Part shown: piece after piece, positions 41,000 to 52,836 of the stretch | How positions within the stretch are numbered: position 1 is the first letter of the stretch | Layout of the letters: every line of letters begins with the position of its first letter | NCBI RefSeq assembly: GCF_006345805.1 | Contig: NC_042998.1 | Location: forward strand, 192,076,001 to 192,140,000 | Direction: 5' to 3' | Length of the DNA stretch: 64,000 nucleotides | Source of the DNA: Octopus sinensis | Lineage: Eukaryota | Notes under the pieces: model-generated | Database searches by the model: none | Seen by the model: only the letters and a program-made list of their open reading frames with translations | Told to the model about the DNA's origin: nothing | Made by a program: the position numbers and the translations under genes

Positions 41000-41637
41000 A
41001 GCGGCGAACTGGCAGAATCATTAGCGCCCCAGAAAAAATGCTTAGTGGCATTTAAATACCTATTTCTTTACTACCCACAAGGAGCTAAACATAGAGGGGA
41101 CAAACAAGGACAGACAAACGGATTAAGTCGATTACATCGACCCCAGTGCGTAACTGGTACTTATTTAATCGACCCCGAACGGATGAAAGGTAATGTCGAC
41201 CTCGGCTGAATTTAAACTCAGAACATAAAGACAGACGAAATACCTATTTCTTTACTACCCACAAGGGGCTAAACACAGAGAGGACAAACAAGGACAGACA
41301 AACGGATTAAGTCGATTACAGTGCGCAACTGGTACTTAATATATCGAACCCGAAATGTTGGAAGGCAAAGTCGACCTCGGCGGAATTTGAACTCAGAACG
41401 TAACGGCAGACGAAATACCGCTAAGCATTTCGCCCGGCGTGCAAACGTTTCTGCCAGCTCGCTGCCTTTTCTATTAGATCGCCCCCAGTGCGTAACTGGT
41501 AATTATTTAATCGACCCCGAAAGGATGAAAGGCAAAGTCGACCTCAGCGGAATTTGAACTCAGAACGTAACGGCGGACGAAATACGGCTAAGCATTTCGC
41601 CCAACGTGCTAACGATTCTGCCACCCCGCCGCCTTAC
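41000..41637 (-). mobile_element. Cluster of four SINE B segments
   Basis: Plus-strand head 41000-41055; minus-strand copies ~41056-41240 (headless), ~41236-41470 (full) and ~41478-41637 (tailless). Confidence 0.9.
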
Positions 41638-42171
41638 TGCATGTTATTTAACACCAATGTTTACTTTGTTCCTTCTCTGCACGTGCAAGTTTGTACCCTT
41701 TGACATACCAGTTTGTACTTCTTGATCACCACTTGCTAATTTACATTCCTTGACTCACCACGTTTATTTGTACAGTTTAACTTCCCCTGTGTGCCTGTAT
41801 TCTTTCGTTTACCACGAATTAATTTGTACCGTTTGACTTCCAACATATTAGATTGAACTACTACTACAGCAAAAACACGTTCCGATTTCAAAGAACAAGG
41901 TTTTTTTATATAACAATATAGTGGAAAATTGTCGTTTTTAAAAGGTTAAAAACATAAAACACACTCTCGCAGCTTGCACTGTGCGTAATTGAACCTGAAA
42001 GCTAATAATGACCAATACTCTAGATGACTAATGGCTTAGATTTGAATTAGTCACTAGTGATACAACCTATTATGTTTCATCTAGTTTAGGTTGATTTGAC
42101 AAGACAATGCAAAGCATCCGATCGTACGTTAAGAATGAAAAGGTGTATGTGACTGAATTCGCTATGTGTGT

Positions 42172-42234
<63 letters not shown>

Positions 42235-42768
42235 AGAGCTTAAAACGCAGAAAGAATGTATAACTGTCTATTGTGATGTGTTGATGGAGACATGGACCGC
42301 AGATATTTTTCTGAGAAATAAATAATAATTCAAAATAATCTAACTGTAAAAGATGTGACTATATGTGTGCGTATGTGTGCGCATGTACACACGTGCTTAT
42401 TTATATATATAAGTTTAAATGGAGGTTAAAATAACCACCTTATGGAATAGAAAATATCCAATGAATTACTAGTTTGTTAGCTATTATTTTGTTGTGAATA
42501 GTAATATTCCTAAAATAATACGTTTAAGTATAAATTTTGGTTTATAAATATTCAAATTAAGATCCAGAAAATGGAGAGGTAGCAGTAATGTAATTTATTA
42601 ACTGCAAAAATTCAACATGTTCACTTTTAGTTGCTTCGATTTTGTCCCAAAAAATTAATTTCCAGTAATTAAAACATCTTACTGGGCAAAATCTCGTCAG
42701 GGTAATTAAAAATATATATCGTTAGGTTATTACTTGTTATTCTTCCAAAACACTTCAACATCAGCAAG

Positions 42769-42837
<69 letters not shown>

Positions 42838-42838
<1 letters not shown>

Positions 42839-44308
42839 CTAAGTATATATTTATATTTAAGATTTTAAAATTTTTAAATTTAAATATTTTATAAGTCTTA
42901 TGGTATAATATTATTGTTTTTTATGTAAATATTGATGTTTATGTAATGATCTAATTATCGTAATTTTTTAAATATAATTATTAGATATTAGCTTTACGTT
43001 TATTCGCCATAGATATATTGTTCGTTAACAATTATACGAGTTGTTTAAAGTTAGGTTTCATGTATATACATGTATTGATAGCATTAATTTTAGTCTTAAA
43101 TAACTATATTTGTTGATAGTTATTTTAAATTTCTTATAATTATTATTATAACTTATATATTGTTTTTTTTAAATCGATAATTGGTAGTAATATTCTTCCC
43201 ATTGATAAATATATTTGTAGTATTTATTTGATGCTATATAACTACGAATTGATTATTTCATTAAGTATTTTATATTATTTTATTTTAACTATACGATTTT
43301 TGAAAGTTATTAGTTAGCCAACGAGATATATAGATAGTTAATTTGCTATAGCGTTCGTTTAAGAATGTTTGTTTATTTTTTTGCAATTAGCTATTTCATC
43401 TTTAATATTTTAACATTTTTATTAGTAATAATGAATAATTAATTTATTAGGTCTTTATTATACGTGCATATATATCTATTTATAGAGATAATTTTAGATC
43501 TTAATTCTAATATTTATATACATTTATATATTTTCATTGATAATTTATATATTATTCAAATATCATATATTTAATAATACGAATAGTCATTTTTTTGTAA
43601 AATATTTATGTAATTAGATATTGATTATAAGTGATATTAGATTATTTGTGGCTTTCTTACTTTAAAATTGATACTTAAAAATTAAAAATTAATATTTAAC
43701 ATTATAATCGATTGTATGACATAATCATAATCGTTAAGTTTCTAGTTTGATAGTAGAGTTTTTTATAAGAAAAATTATTATTTTATTTATTTCTTAAAAG
43801 ATATTGTTTAAATATTTTTGATTATTTATTTAAATATTATAATTAACCTGAAGATTGACTATAACCATAATTCGAATTATTAATTGAATTTAAATTATTG
43901 TTATTCGAATTCGTTAATGGGCATGAAACGATCATAGTGGTTTTACTCTTTATCTTATATTAAACTTTTAATACTTTTTGATAGTTATATATAAAAAAAT
44001 AAATAAATAAATAAAATAATAATAAAATATATATATATATATATTTAAAAATTTATAAGTTTAAATTTGAATTTAATAATTTTTTAAAATTTTAACTTTA
44101 ATTTAAATATTTTAATTTTTGAATTTTATATTTTATATATTTTCTATTTATTAATTTTATTTCTATGTATTGGTTTATGATTTTCACTGTTTGATTTGCC
44201 TAATAGTGGTTTTATCTCTAATTTAATATAATATATATATTTATTTATACTATAAAATTAGATTTAATCATAAATCTAATTTTCCCCTGTAAGTTTGGAT
44301 TTACTCCC

Positions 44309-44313
<5 letters not shown>
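42838..44313. mobile_element. (TA)n-flanked, extremely AT-rich element of unknown class (copy A)
   Basis: Bounded by (TA)n on both sides; the right ~320 bp are the reverse complement of 47697-48015. Confidence 0.7.
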
Positions 44314-44379
<66 letters not shown>

Positions 44380-45435
44380 TATATAGGAAGCTGTTGAAGG
44401 TGAGTATGGTCTAATATAAAGATATAGTTTGTACTGTATCTCATTGCCTTTTGTGTCCATATATAAAAACACCAAATACGAAGCCTCTCGGGATTTGAAT
44501 TCAGTGTAACCCTTTAAAGCGAAGTAAGGTGGGATTAAGGTCGTCTGCGAGGAATGTTGCTCTTTCTTTTTCAGGTGTGCCAAACTACGCAGAAATAGTA
44601 CCATTTTCGTAGTGTCTTCTGGAAAACAAAATAATTCGGAGGTCACAGAAGGCACACGGGGGATTTTTGTATATAGGCAGAATTAGTCCCCACCTCTTCA
44701 CACACATCCGTCTAATTCCTCGGTTACTGATAGTTTTAAGGAAGTGCAGTCGAGACTTGACCATTTCGAAGACAACGTTTCACGAACAAGGGCTTATGAA
44801 TTATACATACATGTGTGTACATGCGTGTGAGTGTGAGTGCGTGTGTGTATGCGTCTGTGTGTGTGTGTCTATGTGTCTGTGTTTGAGTGCGTGTGTGTGT
44901 TTACAGACTGTTCAGAATATTTTGATCGATTTTGTTATAGACAACCAATCGGTAGAAACGTACAGTACAGATAATAATTGTTTCTTATCTTTTTTAATTA
45001 TTTTGGAAAAGACTTAACGTGTTTAGTGAAGTAAAATACAGATTGGTTTCAAATTTTATCAAAAGATAGTTCTGTTATTGCATACAGTAGTAATTAAAAT
45101 GCGTTACTCTAAAGTTTACTACATAAATATATCAAAAGCATTACTATAATTCTCTTTAAATAATTCTCTCCAGAGAGCCTTCGGAGTCTTCTTACTCTCT
45201 CCCCTTTACTCTTTCTCTCTCCCTCTTACAAATAAACACTCTCTCTCCCTCTCTCTTCCCCTCTCTATCCTCCTCTCTTTTTTTCTCCCCTCTCTCTCTT
45301 TCTCTGTCTCTCTCCCTCCCCATCTTTCTGTAATAAAATATTGTAATTGTTCAGTTAAAGTTGAAGTTAAATTATTACCGTGCAGGAAAAATAATTCTCC
45401 CTCTGGTAAAAGGTGTGAAAAAGTCATATCTGCCT

Positions 45436-45760
45436 TATCAGATTCCCAGACGGCTGTTTTTGGCTTTGTACCCCTCCTTGATGGGAAATACCGGTAACTG
45501 TAGAGAATTTGGCATTAGAAATTAAGATACGTCAGAAGCTTATTTGAACTAACCTAAAGTTCGCTGCTTCCTAATCACTGCTTGGCGCTCATGCTGTTAC
45601 TTTTATCTGATGTTGGCAGTTTTTGTTTTATATTTGATGTTGACTGGGTTATTTTTATAATTAAAACTACAGCTTTAATCTGCTCAGAGTTAACTCTCTT
45701 CGGTATATCCCATTGAGAAAGGCTAAAGAGCCAGAAACGGCCGTCTGGGAAACCGATGGG
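45436..45760. repeat. Imperfect ~70 bp inverted repeat pair (old MITE-like)
   Basis: ATCAGATTCCCAGACGGCTGTTTTTGGCT...GATGGGAAATACCG versus the reverse complement of 45680-45760. Confidence 0.7.
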
Positions 45761-45904
45761 TGGGGGAGCACCGGGCAGGTATAGTATTTTTACACCTTTT
45801 ACTATACAAGAGAATTTTTTCTCCATGGTAACCTCAGTAAATTGCCTTTAGATTTTAAGATAGCGCAAACATATTTTAACTAGCATAAAATTGATATCTA
45901 TATG

Positions 45905-46720
45905 GGCGGGGGTGAGACCGGAATTTTACAATATTATTTTATTCCTTTAGTTTTACATGTTTGCACTCTTATTGCCTTCAAATTATTCACCATTTGAAGC
46001 AATGTATCAGTCCAGACGCGTTTTCCACTGTTCAAAGCAGTGCTGGAACTCTTGCTAAGTGATGCTTTTTAACAACTCCGTTGTTTTTTTTTTCTTCACC
46101 TCTTCCACATCTGCAAATTCCGTAGTACCATCTTTCATCACCAGTGATGACCCCGATAAACTTCCAACTGTTCTTTCAGTTCACGACACGTATTCAGTCG
46201 TCACTGATCTTGATCTTCCTTGAACAAGCGAGGCAGATATTTTGCAGCAACTCTTTTAATTCATGATTCCTTGCTCAAAAGTATGTTGGCAGGAGCTACA
46301 GGACACACTAATCATACCAACAAGTACGTCAGTTGTTCAGTGACGGCCTCACAACATCAGTTCATGAATTTCGATGATGTTTTCATTAGGTCCGGAGGTC
46401 GCCAATCGCCCTTAACGAGGTTGGTCCTCAAGCGACAATTGGCTATTCCTAAAGCGTGAAAACCACTCGTAAGTTTGGGTTTTGCTCATGGAGGCGGTTT
46501 TGTAAGCTGTTTGAAGCATGACAACTGTTTCGGCCGTCGTTTTCCTCAGCAGAAAACAGAATTTCGCGGAAGCACGCCGTTTCTTCGTTTCAACCTTTGG
46601 AGCAATTGAACAGAGGAAAAGCACTGCAAAACAAAGACGCATCACATGGCAAGCGGACAATATCGTTCGGAAGACTGATGTCTGAGGGTTGCATCAACTG
46701 GTTTCTGGCGGCGGAAGTCT
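45905..46720 (-). pseudogene. Internally deleted mariner element
   Basis: RRASAKFCFLLRKTTAETVVMLQTAY..YEWFSRF; VITGDERWYYG joined to ADVEEVKKKTTELLKSI..FQHCFEQWKTRLD..ASNGE.FEG. Confidence 0.9.
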
Positions 46721-46784
46721 GAACTACAGCGGGCTTGTCACATTTCTGAGCGAGACGTAAACAGAAGCAGCACGGAATCGTGAA

Positions 46785-47127
46785 GTATATTTACCACCTA
46801 AATGTTACAGACCCATAGGAGGCGATACTACTGTTTTTTATAGCCTCAGGAAGACATCTCCTCAAGCTGGCTAACGACACACTTTCTGTGTCCGATTAGT
46901 ATTTGCAAAGGGAAATCATCTAGCCTTACGTGACCCGTCATCAGCGTTATGACGGGTTACCACCCGAAAATCCCAGGCTAGAGAGTGGAACGAGGATTTC
47001 ACTTAGCAAATGCTAAGCGGACACAGACAGTGTGTCGTTAGCCAGCTGGAGAAGATATCTTCCTGGGGCTATAAGCAACAGTAGCATCGTCTCCTATGTG
47101 TCAGCCACATCTAAGTGGAAAAATACC
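46785..47127. mobile_element. Fold-back MITE with ~130 bp TIRs
   Basis: Arms such as ATAGGAGGCGATACTACTG..AGCTGGCTAACGACACAC match their reverse complement; inner hairpin TGACCCGTCAT/ATGACGGGTTA. Confidence 0.9.
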
Positions 47128-47132
47128 TTATA

Positions 47133-47167
<35 letters not shown>

Positions 47168-47614
47168 TTCAATACGGAGCTAATAATTCACGAAAATAAC
47201 ATTTGGGAAGATATCATTGCCTGGGTTATTATCTAGTGTAACAATTCAAAAATGATAACAATCAATAATATAGGCCTTTGCAGTCCCCGCAAAAAGCATT
47301 AAATAGCTGAAGGATTAAAACTAATCAAAAGACATATTAAGTATGTCTACCTGCTGAAAATAACAGTCAAAACTCTTATTTAAATCGCCAAAATCTACTG
47401 CTAATAATTACAGAAATCAACCGTCCGAAGGCAAACGGGTTAAGACAATCTCCCAGCATACATTCAAGTATTTGAACTCACGTAGACCGGTTTCTCCACT
47501 GGCATAATAGACTCAGCTATTGTTATCAGTGTATTTTGTCGATTTAAATATGAGTTTTGACTGTTATTTCCAGAAGGTAGATATACTTAGTATGTCTTTT
47601 GGTGGCTAATAAAG

Positions 47615-47683
<69 letters not shown>

Positions 47684-47696
47684 AATATAATAATAA

Positions 47697-48209
47697 TATT
47701 AGGGAGTAAATCCAAACTTTCAGGGAAAATTAGATTTAGGATTAAATCTAATTTTATAGTATAAATATATATTATATTAAATTAGAGATAAAACCACTAT
47801 TAGGCAAATCAAACAGTGAAAATCATAAGCCAATACATAGAAGTAAAATTAATTAAAAAATATATAAAAAATATAAAATATAAAAATCCAATTAAAATAT
47901 TTAAATTAAAGTTAAATTTTTTAAAAAATATTAAAATTAATAAATCAAACTTATGAATTATAAATATATATATATTTTTATTATTATTTTATTTAATTTT
48001 TTTATTTATATTTTTTATATATTTTTATATATTTTTATATTTTTATATTTTTATATTTATTTATTTATTTAGTTATTTCCGGTTCTTGACTGAGGGTAGA
48101 AAGCTTCGAATGACCCGTCCTTGTTTTTTGTATAATCTATCTGGATGTTTTGTTGTCTCTTTTTATATCACCTAGCTGTCAGGATGTTTTGCGTTCTTGT
48201 CCCATTTTG

Positions 48210-48212
<3 letters not shown>
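47697..48212. mobile_element. (TA)n-flanked element with AT-collapsed interior (copy B)
   Basis: Left end ATATTAGGGAGTAAATCCAAAC shared with copy A; both termini have ordinary GC while the interior is almost only A/T. Confidence 0.7.
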
Positions 48213-48256
<44 letters not shown>

Positions 48257-48261
48257 TATAT

Positions 48262-48643
<382 letters not shown>

Positions 48644-49311
48644 AGGGTTGCTTGCCCTATCAATTATTATCTTCACATTAATGGTTATGCAAATATTCAA
48701 ATAAGCAGCACCTTTTTTTCACTCGTACTTGGCGTGTCTGCTGGATCATAGAATTGCAAAAATAGAAGGCGGTAATCTCTGTAAGAACAGCTTGTACAAA
48801 ATTGTCGGGTGTCAATGAACACTCACCTTCTCTGACTATGATAGGAAATATAAATGTTTCTATTTATGGATATTGCAGGCTATTTAAGTATGGTCATTCA
48901 CTCTCAAGGGTAGGGTTGGAAATTACGAATTCCAGTTGCGCCAATCCTCATACATCGATGACTAATTACATTAACATCCCACCTGCTTTTTAACACGTTG
49001 ATTATTTTCGCCCATTATCTGCCGTCTCTGATTTATCAGTTTACTTGAACAACGGGGGTTAAATTCTTGCTGTAACAAAGATGCCTGTTTTCTTTTTGTT
49101 TTTTTCTGAAGATATGGACGCGCTGCTTCCACGTCCACGAAAATGAGTAATAGGAGGAGCAAAGTCGACTTGTTACTTAATAAATATGTTTCCAACTATA
49201 TGTGCTGAGTGCTACTTCTTTTCATTTGCTCACTCATTCTAATATATACATGTGTGTGTGCGTTTGTGCCTGTACGTGTATACATGCATATACATACATA
49301 TATATATACGC

Positions 49312-49404
<93 letters not shown>

Positions 49405-49407
<3 letters not shown>

Positions 49408-49853
49408 TCTCTTACTCTTTTACTTTTTTCAGGCCATGCCGGAGCACCGCCTTTAGTTGAGCAAATCGATCTCAGGACTTATTCTTTGTAAGCCTAGTAC
49501 TTATTCTATCGGTCTTTTTTGCCGAATCGCTAGTTACGGGGACGTAAACACATCAGCATCGGTTGTCAAGCGATGTTGGAGGAACAAACACAGACACAAA
49601 AACATATATACACACATACATATAATATATATATATATATATATAATATATATATAAATATATATATATATATACGCACACACACATATGCGATGAGCTT
49701 CTTTCAGTTTCCGTCTGCCAAATCCACTCACAAGGCTTTGGTCAGCCCGAGGCTATAGTAGAAGACATTTGCCCAAGGTGCCACGCAGTGGGACTGAACC
49801 CGGAACCACGTGGTTGGTAAGCAAGCTACTTACCACACAGCCACTTCCACGCC
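49405..49853 (-). mobile_element. SINE family A
   Basis: Reverse-complement full copy. Confidence 0.92.
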
Positions 49854-50680
49854 TATATATATATGGAGAGAGAGCGAGATGAGGTAAGGTCAAAAATATT
49901 AGAATTCATGGGGTAAAACTAATTATTGTAGTGAGTGAATGACTTATTTGTTGCCGTAAAAAGTTAAATACACGTTCTGTAAGTTTTATAAGTTAAGATT
50001 TTGTTACATTAGATAGTTCAAAACTGTTTAGAAAATTCGAATGACATTTAGTCACAGGAAAATAACTTTTGAGATACTATTGAACCGATTAAGAATTTAA
50101 TTTACTCTCGTCATCCATTATTTCTAAGTGTAAATTTTTTTTAAAATCTGTATATATACCAGAATCCAACAAACTGTTTCGAGTAACATATACGCGTACA
50201 GTTCTTGCCTATTAGACAGATTTATAACAACATGATTCTATAAACTAATAAATATTTAATGAAGATTCTATTAATCATTTTGCTTAACTAATGTCACTGT
50301 AGAATAGACTGTACAGTACCTGTCTGAATTTTTGGCCTTATAATGACATGTTAAATACAATTATTATTTAAAACAAAAACCAAAAAAAGATGAGGATGCA
50401 AGTCTAATTATATTACTCGTTAATCAAACACAGCGACTAGAGAGATCTGTAAATGAATCGGCGAAAAAATGATATATAGCAAAATAAATTAAGAGATTAT
50501 AACTTCAAATAATGAATCTCAGAATGTTCCTATTGTTTTCGGTTCACCATATATTATTGACTAATGAGTGTATGAAAATATATTAGCAACTACATCTCCA
50601 AAGAGCATGAATTATATCTGGAACAATGTGAAGATTATGTGTTTGAAGTAGGATTCTAAATAGTTTCTTTTACAATAATC

Positions 50681-51348
50681 TTTACTCTTTTACTTGTTTC
50701 AATCATTTGACTGCGGTCATGCTGGAGCACCGCCTTTAGTCGAGCAAAACGAGCCCGAGACTTATTCTTTGTAAGCCCAGTACTTATTCTATCGGACTCT
50801 TTTGCCGAACCGCTAAGTTACGGAGGCGTAAACACACCAGCATCGGTTGTCAAGCAATGCTAGGGGGACAAACACAGACACACAGACATATACACATACA
50901 TACATACATACATATTATAATATATTATATATATATATATATAATATAACGGGAAGCTTTATGAAAATAAACAAAAGACGAAGGCAGGTGGAATACAAAC
51001 AAACAATTGTATTAGTATGGCGCTCAGGAATATAAATAAAACAAGTCTTTTACGTTTCGAGCCTACGCTCTTCAACAGAAAGATACACAGAAAAGAAACA
51101 CAGAAAGAAACAAGGAGAGAAAAAAAAATGCGTGCAGAGGCTAGCGAATCAACATGGCGGTGTGTGTGTGTGTATACATATATACGACAGGATTCTTTCA
51201 GTTTCCGTCTACCAAATCCTCTCACAAGGCATTGGTCGGCCCGAGGCTATAGCAGAAGACACTTGCCCAAGGTGCCACGCAGTGGGACTGAACCCGGAAC
51301 CATGTGGCTGGTAAGCAAGCTACTTACCACACAGCCACTCCTGCGCCT
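50681..51348 (-). mobile_element. SINE family A interrupted by an H2 element
   Basis: Tail half ~50681-50945 and head half ~51165-51348, with H2 in the internal microsatellite. Confidence 0.9.
50948..51130 (-). mobile_element. Hammerhead-bearing short element, family H2 (copy b)
   Basis: Sense core UCUUU-CUGUUGA-A-GAGC(GUAG)GCUC-GAAAC-GUA-AAAGA at 51045-51083. Confidence 0.85.
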
Positions 51349-51420
51349 ATTTGAATAAAGATTTAAACTGGTTGAATGAAAATAGTTTTCAGCCTGGTGA
51401 TGTATGTCATGATAAATATC

Positions 51421-51451
<31 letters not shown>

Positions 51452-51603
51452 TTTCCTGTTTTGTCGTTCAGAACATCACAGAGCTTGAGAAGTGTCAGAC
51501 TCTATAAAAATTGTGAATCCTTTCACGGACAGTTGACGCCGAATTGTCGTCCACCGTGTAATTACTGTTACTCTTGCGTTAAGTGCTACTTTTTATTTCA
51601 GTT

Positions 51604-51703
51604 NNNNNNNNNNNNNNNNNNNNNNNNNNNNNNNNNNNNNNNNNNNNNNNNNNNNNNNNNNNNNNNNNNNNNNNNNNNNNNNNNNNNNNNNNNNNNNNNN
51701 NNN
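51604..51703. other. Assembly gap (100 N)
   Basis: Run of exactly 100 N. Confidence 0.99.
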
Positions 51704-52429
51704 ACCTTGCTATTACAACATACAAGGTAATCTAATTATCAGTCATCAGAAGTTTACCCTGAGAAATTTTAACTTAATACAGACTATATACAGCCAAGAT
51801 AAATTCAAACGTGCAACACTCTAATAATGGCTTAGCTGCCGAATTTGCGGAGTCACTGTCAATATTACTCCTGGTAAAAAATAATAAATTTTTACTCTCC
51901 CAAATGTATTGAGTAATCCTTCAGTTTAATGTAAAGTTGTTTTTGTCATAACGTTAATATACAGATTGAATTATGTCAAGTGAATGAGAGAGAAGTGCTC
52001 AATACATTTTGAGTATATAGTTCATGGAAACGAGATTCCTATTGCACGCCGCGAGTTTCAGACTTCTCCCTTCTAGCTTAGCGTTTGCAGTGGTGTTAAA
52101 CATGAACTACGAAATATAAAAAAAATACCAAAAAACAATCAGTTTCATTGACTTGTGAATCAGAGAGTTACGTGCACGAACGTGCGTGTGAATTTGCTTG
52201 ACGTAAGGGATCTGAATTCCTTTGATATGTTCCAAATTTATCCTGTAGGCTAATGATGCACTTCTAAATATCATAACATATGGTAAGCTATCTATCGAGA
52301 AGTTTATGATATTTTGTCCAAGATTAGATGCACAGGGAAATGTTGCATCGAAATAACGTCTAAATGTTATAAGTACGTACATACACACAAGCGGATATGT
52401 GTGTATGTACTGTACCTTTGTATATATAC

Positions 52430-52469
<40 letters not shown>

Positions 52470-52737
52470 TATATCATATATGTCTAGTTTTGTATGTATG
52501 TAGGTATTTATATATATATATGTGTGCGTATGTGTGTGTTTATGCATGTATATTTGTGTGGATATACATGAATTCATACATATGTGTATACATGTATGCA
52601 TAGGTATATAGGTATATATATGTCTCTGTGTGTTTGCGTGTGTGTATGAATGTGATATCAGTGTCTTGTTTTAATCTGTTTTTTTAGAATACAATGCTTC
52701 TTTCCTTGCTTCCCTTCTCTCCCTTGTTCTATTTCTG

Positions 52738-52773
52738 CTTCTCTCTCTCTCTCTCTCTCTCTCCCGCTCTCTC

Positions 52774-52835
<62 letters not shown>
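52738..52835. repeat. (CT)n microsatellite
   Basis: CT array. Confidence 0.95.

Positions 52836-52836
<1 letters not shown>

Noticed and set aside
42838-44313. Mitochondrial insertion (NUMT) or bisulfite-converted contaminant
   Set aside because: No recognisable mitochondrial rRNA, tRNA or ORF motifs are present, the terminus recurs as a nuclear repeat at 47697, and many non-CpG C remain while G is also depleted.
44385-44420. CTGTTGAAG as a further H2-type hammerhead
   Set aside because: There is no closing stem II or GAAAC downstream.
45672-45778. Plus-strand exon ending ETDGWGSTGQ (serine-protease-like GWG)
   Set aside because: It overlaps one arm of the inverted repeat and has no other protease motifs.
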